Origin: Antedon mediterranea
Taxonomy: Eukaryota > Animalia > Echinodermata
Reading direction: 5' to 3'
Assembly (NCBI RefSeq): GCF_964355755.1
Contig: NC_092675.1
Location: forward strand, 27,190,912 to 27,254,911
DNA: 64,000 nucleotides
Shown: positions 61,015 to 64,000 of the stretch, one piece after another
Numbering within the stretch: position 1 is the first letter of the stretch
Layout: each line of letters begins with the position of its first letter
The notes under the pieces: model-generated
Databases searched by the model: none
What the model saw: only the letters and a program-made list of their open reading frames with translations
What the model was told of the DNA's origin: nothing
Position numbers and translations under genes: made by a program

Positions 61015-61827
61015 TCTGCTTTACAATATTTATCAACGATCTGCCTCAATCAGTTAAGTCACCTCTTTTTTTGTTTGCTGATGATTCAAAGACATACAAA
61101 GCTGTTGATTCAGACATAGATGCTCTTGATTTTCAGGCGGACATTGATATGCTGTATAAATGGTCAGTAAAGTGGCAGTTGCCCTTTAATATTAATAAAT
61201 CTAAGGTTATGCATCTCGGTAAAAAAATCCTTGAACACAACATACTTTATGGGAACAGGTTCAGATAGAATTCAGTTAGGAGTTGTTACTCAGATGAGAG
61301 ATCTTGGTGTTTTAGTTGACAATAAATTGAATTTTCATGATCATATCGTTGAAGTTGTTAAAAAGGCTAACTCTAGACTTGGTTTAATTAAGAAAACCTT
61401 TGAATATTTAGACAGTCATTTAGTGTCTATCCTTTATAAATCAATGGTTAGACCGATTTTAGAATATTCTGGTACGGCTTGTCTTCTTCAGTTTGTTGGT
61501 GATTCAATTCTCTTAGAAAAAGTTCAGCAAAGAGCCACAAAACTTGCTGTTGAAATTAAAACTCAACCATATAGTGACCGCATGAAATTTATGAAACTGC
61601 CATCATTAGCATTTCGAAGAAAGAGATCTTGCTGCTTACAGATTTTTAGAATGATACAAAAGTATGATAATGTTAATCCGGGTGTCTTTTTTGAATTAGC
61701 ACCATCTACTTTAACTAGAGGCCACAATTTTAAAATTAACAAAGTTCATAGTAAATCGAAACACAGACAGAAATTCTTTTCAATATCTGCAGTAAATGAT
61801 TGGAATAGTTTGCCATATCATATATAG
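61015..61827 (+). mobile_element. CR1-type LINE RT C-terminal fragment
   Basis: IFINDLP..LFADDSK..W..KWQLPFN..RDLGV..LYKSMVRPILEY..LEKVQQRATKL..TRGHNFK..FFS...WNSLP, with one frameshift. Confidence 0.85.
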
Positions 61828-64000
61828 TCCAGGAGTATTAGACTTTGAGGTAGAAATAAATATGCTAAAGCTGAATTTTTCAGGATAGGTCTCTAATGTT
61901 GTCTGAAACAACATACTAAAAGTCCCCGGGTTTCCCCGTTGTGCTTCAACCCGATTGGGCCATTTTTCAAAATGGCGGCCATCTTAAAATTATTTACCAT
62001 ATGCTGACAACCAGTAGGTGTAAGTAAACAATCTTGGTGTCAAAATACTCAGAAGACCAATATTTATATTCACTGTAATGAACAAGTTTAACAAAAAATG
62101 GTCAGAAATGCCTGTTTTGACCTTTGACCCTAAATTTGGATTATCTCAATATCTCATCAACGACTGGCCGTAGAGACTTCAAAGTTGTCCCAAATTATTC
62201 AGAATGCCCAACTTTCTATTCACTTTAATGAAAAAAAAAACCAAATTCCTTTAGAAACCTTCTATTTTGACCTTTGAACTATTGACCTAGACATATTTTA
62301 ATTTTATAGACATCTTAGTGATCGATAGGAGTACACAAGCAAAATTGGTGTCAAAATACTCAGAAGACCCATATTTATATTCATTATAATGGAAAAGTTT
62401 TTAAAAAAATGACCGAAAATGCATGTTTTGAACTTTGACCCTAAATTTGCATTATCTCAATATCTCATCAACGACTGGCCGTAGAGACTTCAAATTTGTC
62501 CCAAATTATTCGGAATGCCCAACTTTCTATTCACTTTAATGAAAGAAAAATACAAAATTCCTTGAAAAACCTTCTATTTTGACCTTTGAACCCTTGATCT
62601 GGTCATATTTTATACCAAAATTGTATAGAAATCTTGGTGATCGATAGGAATACATAAGGGAATTTGGTGTCAAAATACTCAAAAACACCCATGTTTCTGT
62701 TTACTCTTATAGAAATAATGTACTAAATGCGATTGAAAGTGTTTTGACCTTTGACCTTAATCATCATCATACCTGTATAAACCGACAATATAGCCCGTGC
62801 TCTCCAGAGGGAGGGCTTAGATGCAAAAAGTTAAATTTAAGTTGACATAAAGATAGACAGAATCTAACAATTCATCAGTATGGCCATTGCCATGAGAGGT
62901 AAAATTCATTCCAAATTGCTCAGATGCTAAACAAACAAACCAAGCCCCAATTTTAAACTATATATATGATACATTTTACTGTCTGTTTGGGCTTTAGCCT
63001 GTTTTCCCTTTTTTTATTCATTAGTAACGAAACAAATTTTATTATTTATTTAGTCTTGAAATATTAAGGTTAGAAATTAGTCCTCCAAAAAATGCCACGC
63101 CTTCTCTATATGGCTAATGTCCATGTTTAAACTTTGGAGCTACACCAATTCTGAAATGTTTCCTCATCGGCAGTGCCATTTAATATATAGCAGAGACCAC
63201 TACTGGTTGATTTGACACACACTTATTGGTAAAATTGGGTTTTTTTTCAATTGAGCTGCACTATTACATTTCTTTGTGTATATAGGTCTGGAGTACATAA
63301 TTCATCTAACATTTTTTAAATTGTCTAAAATTGCACACTGTACATAGTCACACACCCAACCATTTATCAAGGTCTCAGTCTAAGTCTCATTTTAGGCTCT
63401 AGTCATACCCATGCAATTTAATTTTAAACGAATTATTGCATTTATCTTTAAAATGTGAACATTTTTCTCTGTTTTTTTTTTTCTAATCAAAATTCTCTAA
63501 AAATCGAAAATACTTCAGGACTATATGATGGTTAATAAAATAAGGGCATGAAAATCTGTTGAAGACCATAACAACTTTACAGTGACAATTTCTTTATAAT
63601 CCATCTTGATAGATTTGTAAGAGTTTCATATTGTATTTTATTATTTAGGTGATTTGTCAAATGACACATTGTGACCCTTTGATACCTGAAATTATGGCCT
63701 CATATCTATATTGATGAATATTATTATTCGTCCATCGGACATTTTTTCTAGGCTGTTTCAGATAAATTTGGCATCTCATGGCATGATGAATGGTATGATA
63801 TGTCCATCATGCTATTTGGGGCTTAAATTATTAAATTATAATGTAGTGATTAAAGTCAAAGGTAAAAAAAATGGGTGTTTTGGAATATTTTGACAACAAA
63901 TTCGCTTATGTATTCCTATCGATCACCAAGATTTCTTTATAATTATGATATAAAATATTGTATTGGCCAGATCAATAGTTCAAATGGCAAAATAGGTGGT
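61825..64000. mobile_element. Large TIR DNA transposon (possibly Academ-like) with ~310-bp subterminal tandem repeats, running off the window end
   Basis: Starts TAGTCCAGGAG where the CR1 fragment is cut; tandem units about 62030-62340 and 62345-62660; 63880-64000 is the reverse complement of about 62570-62685. Confidence 0.5.

Noticed and set aside
58271-61827. ORF1 at 58.3 kb and RT at 61.0 kb as one LINE
   Set aside because: Separated by calponin pseudo-exons and a MITE; the RT piece is independently 5'-truncated with no endonuclease between them

Overview
AT-rich, intron-containing animal genomic DNA (probably a marine invertebrate; taxon not determinable here). Host genes: the 3' end of RAD23 (+); a complete 6-exon mitochondrial ferredoxin FDX2 (-); a complete 24-exon CACHD1 (-, ~1375 aa); and a tandem cluster of calponin/transgelin-family genes (+) made of one intact copy, one frameshifted copy, an orphan duplicate of exons 4-5 and a decayed copy. 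The rest is dense in mobile DNA: a young full-length Ty3/Gypsy element, a Penelope-like element with inverted pLTRs carrying hammerhead ribozymes, a SINE<LINE<(MULE+hAT) nest, an EnSpm-like element, Helentron/HINE-like, Harbinger-, Tc1- and Kolobok-like MITEs, tRNA-derived SINEs and LINE fragments. I found no clearly new multi-gene system. The best leads are the hammerhead-bearing 253-bp foldback in the last FDX2 intron, apparent TACAGTA/TACTGTA excision footprints, a possible chimeric rescue of a calponin pseudogene, LTRs with non-canonical ends, and a 73-nt tRNA cloverleaf with a GAC anticodon. All coordinates were read by eye and may be off by a few bases.
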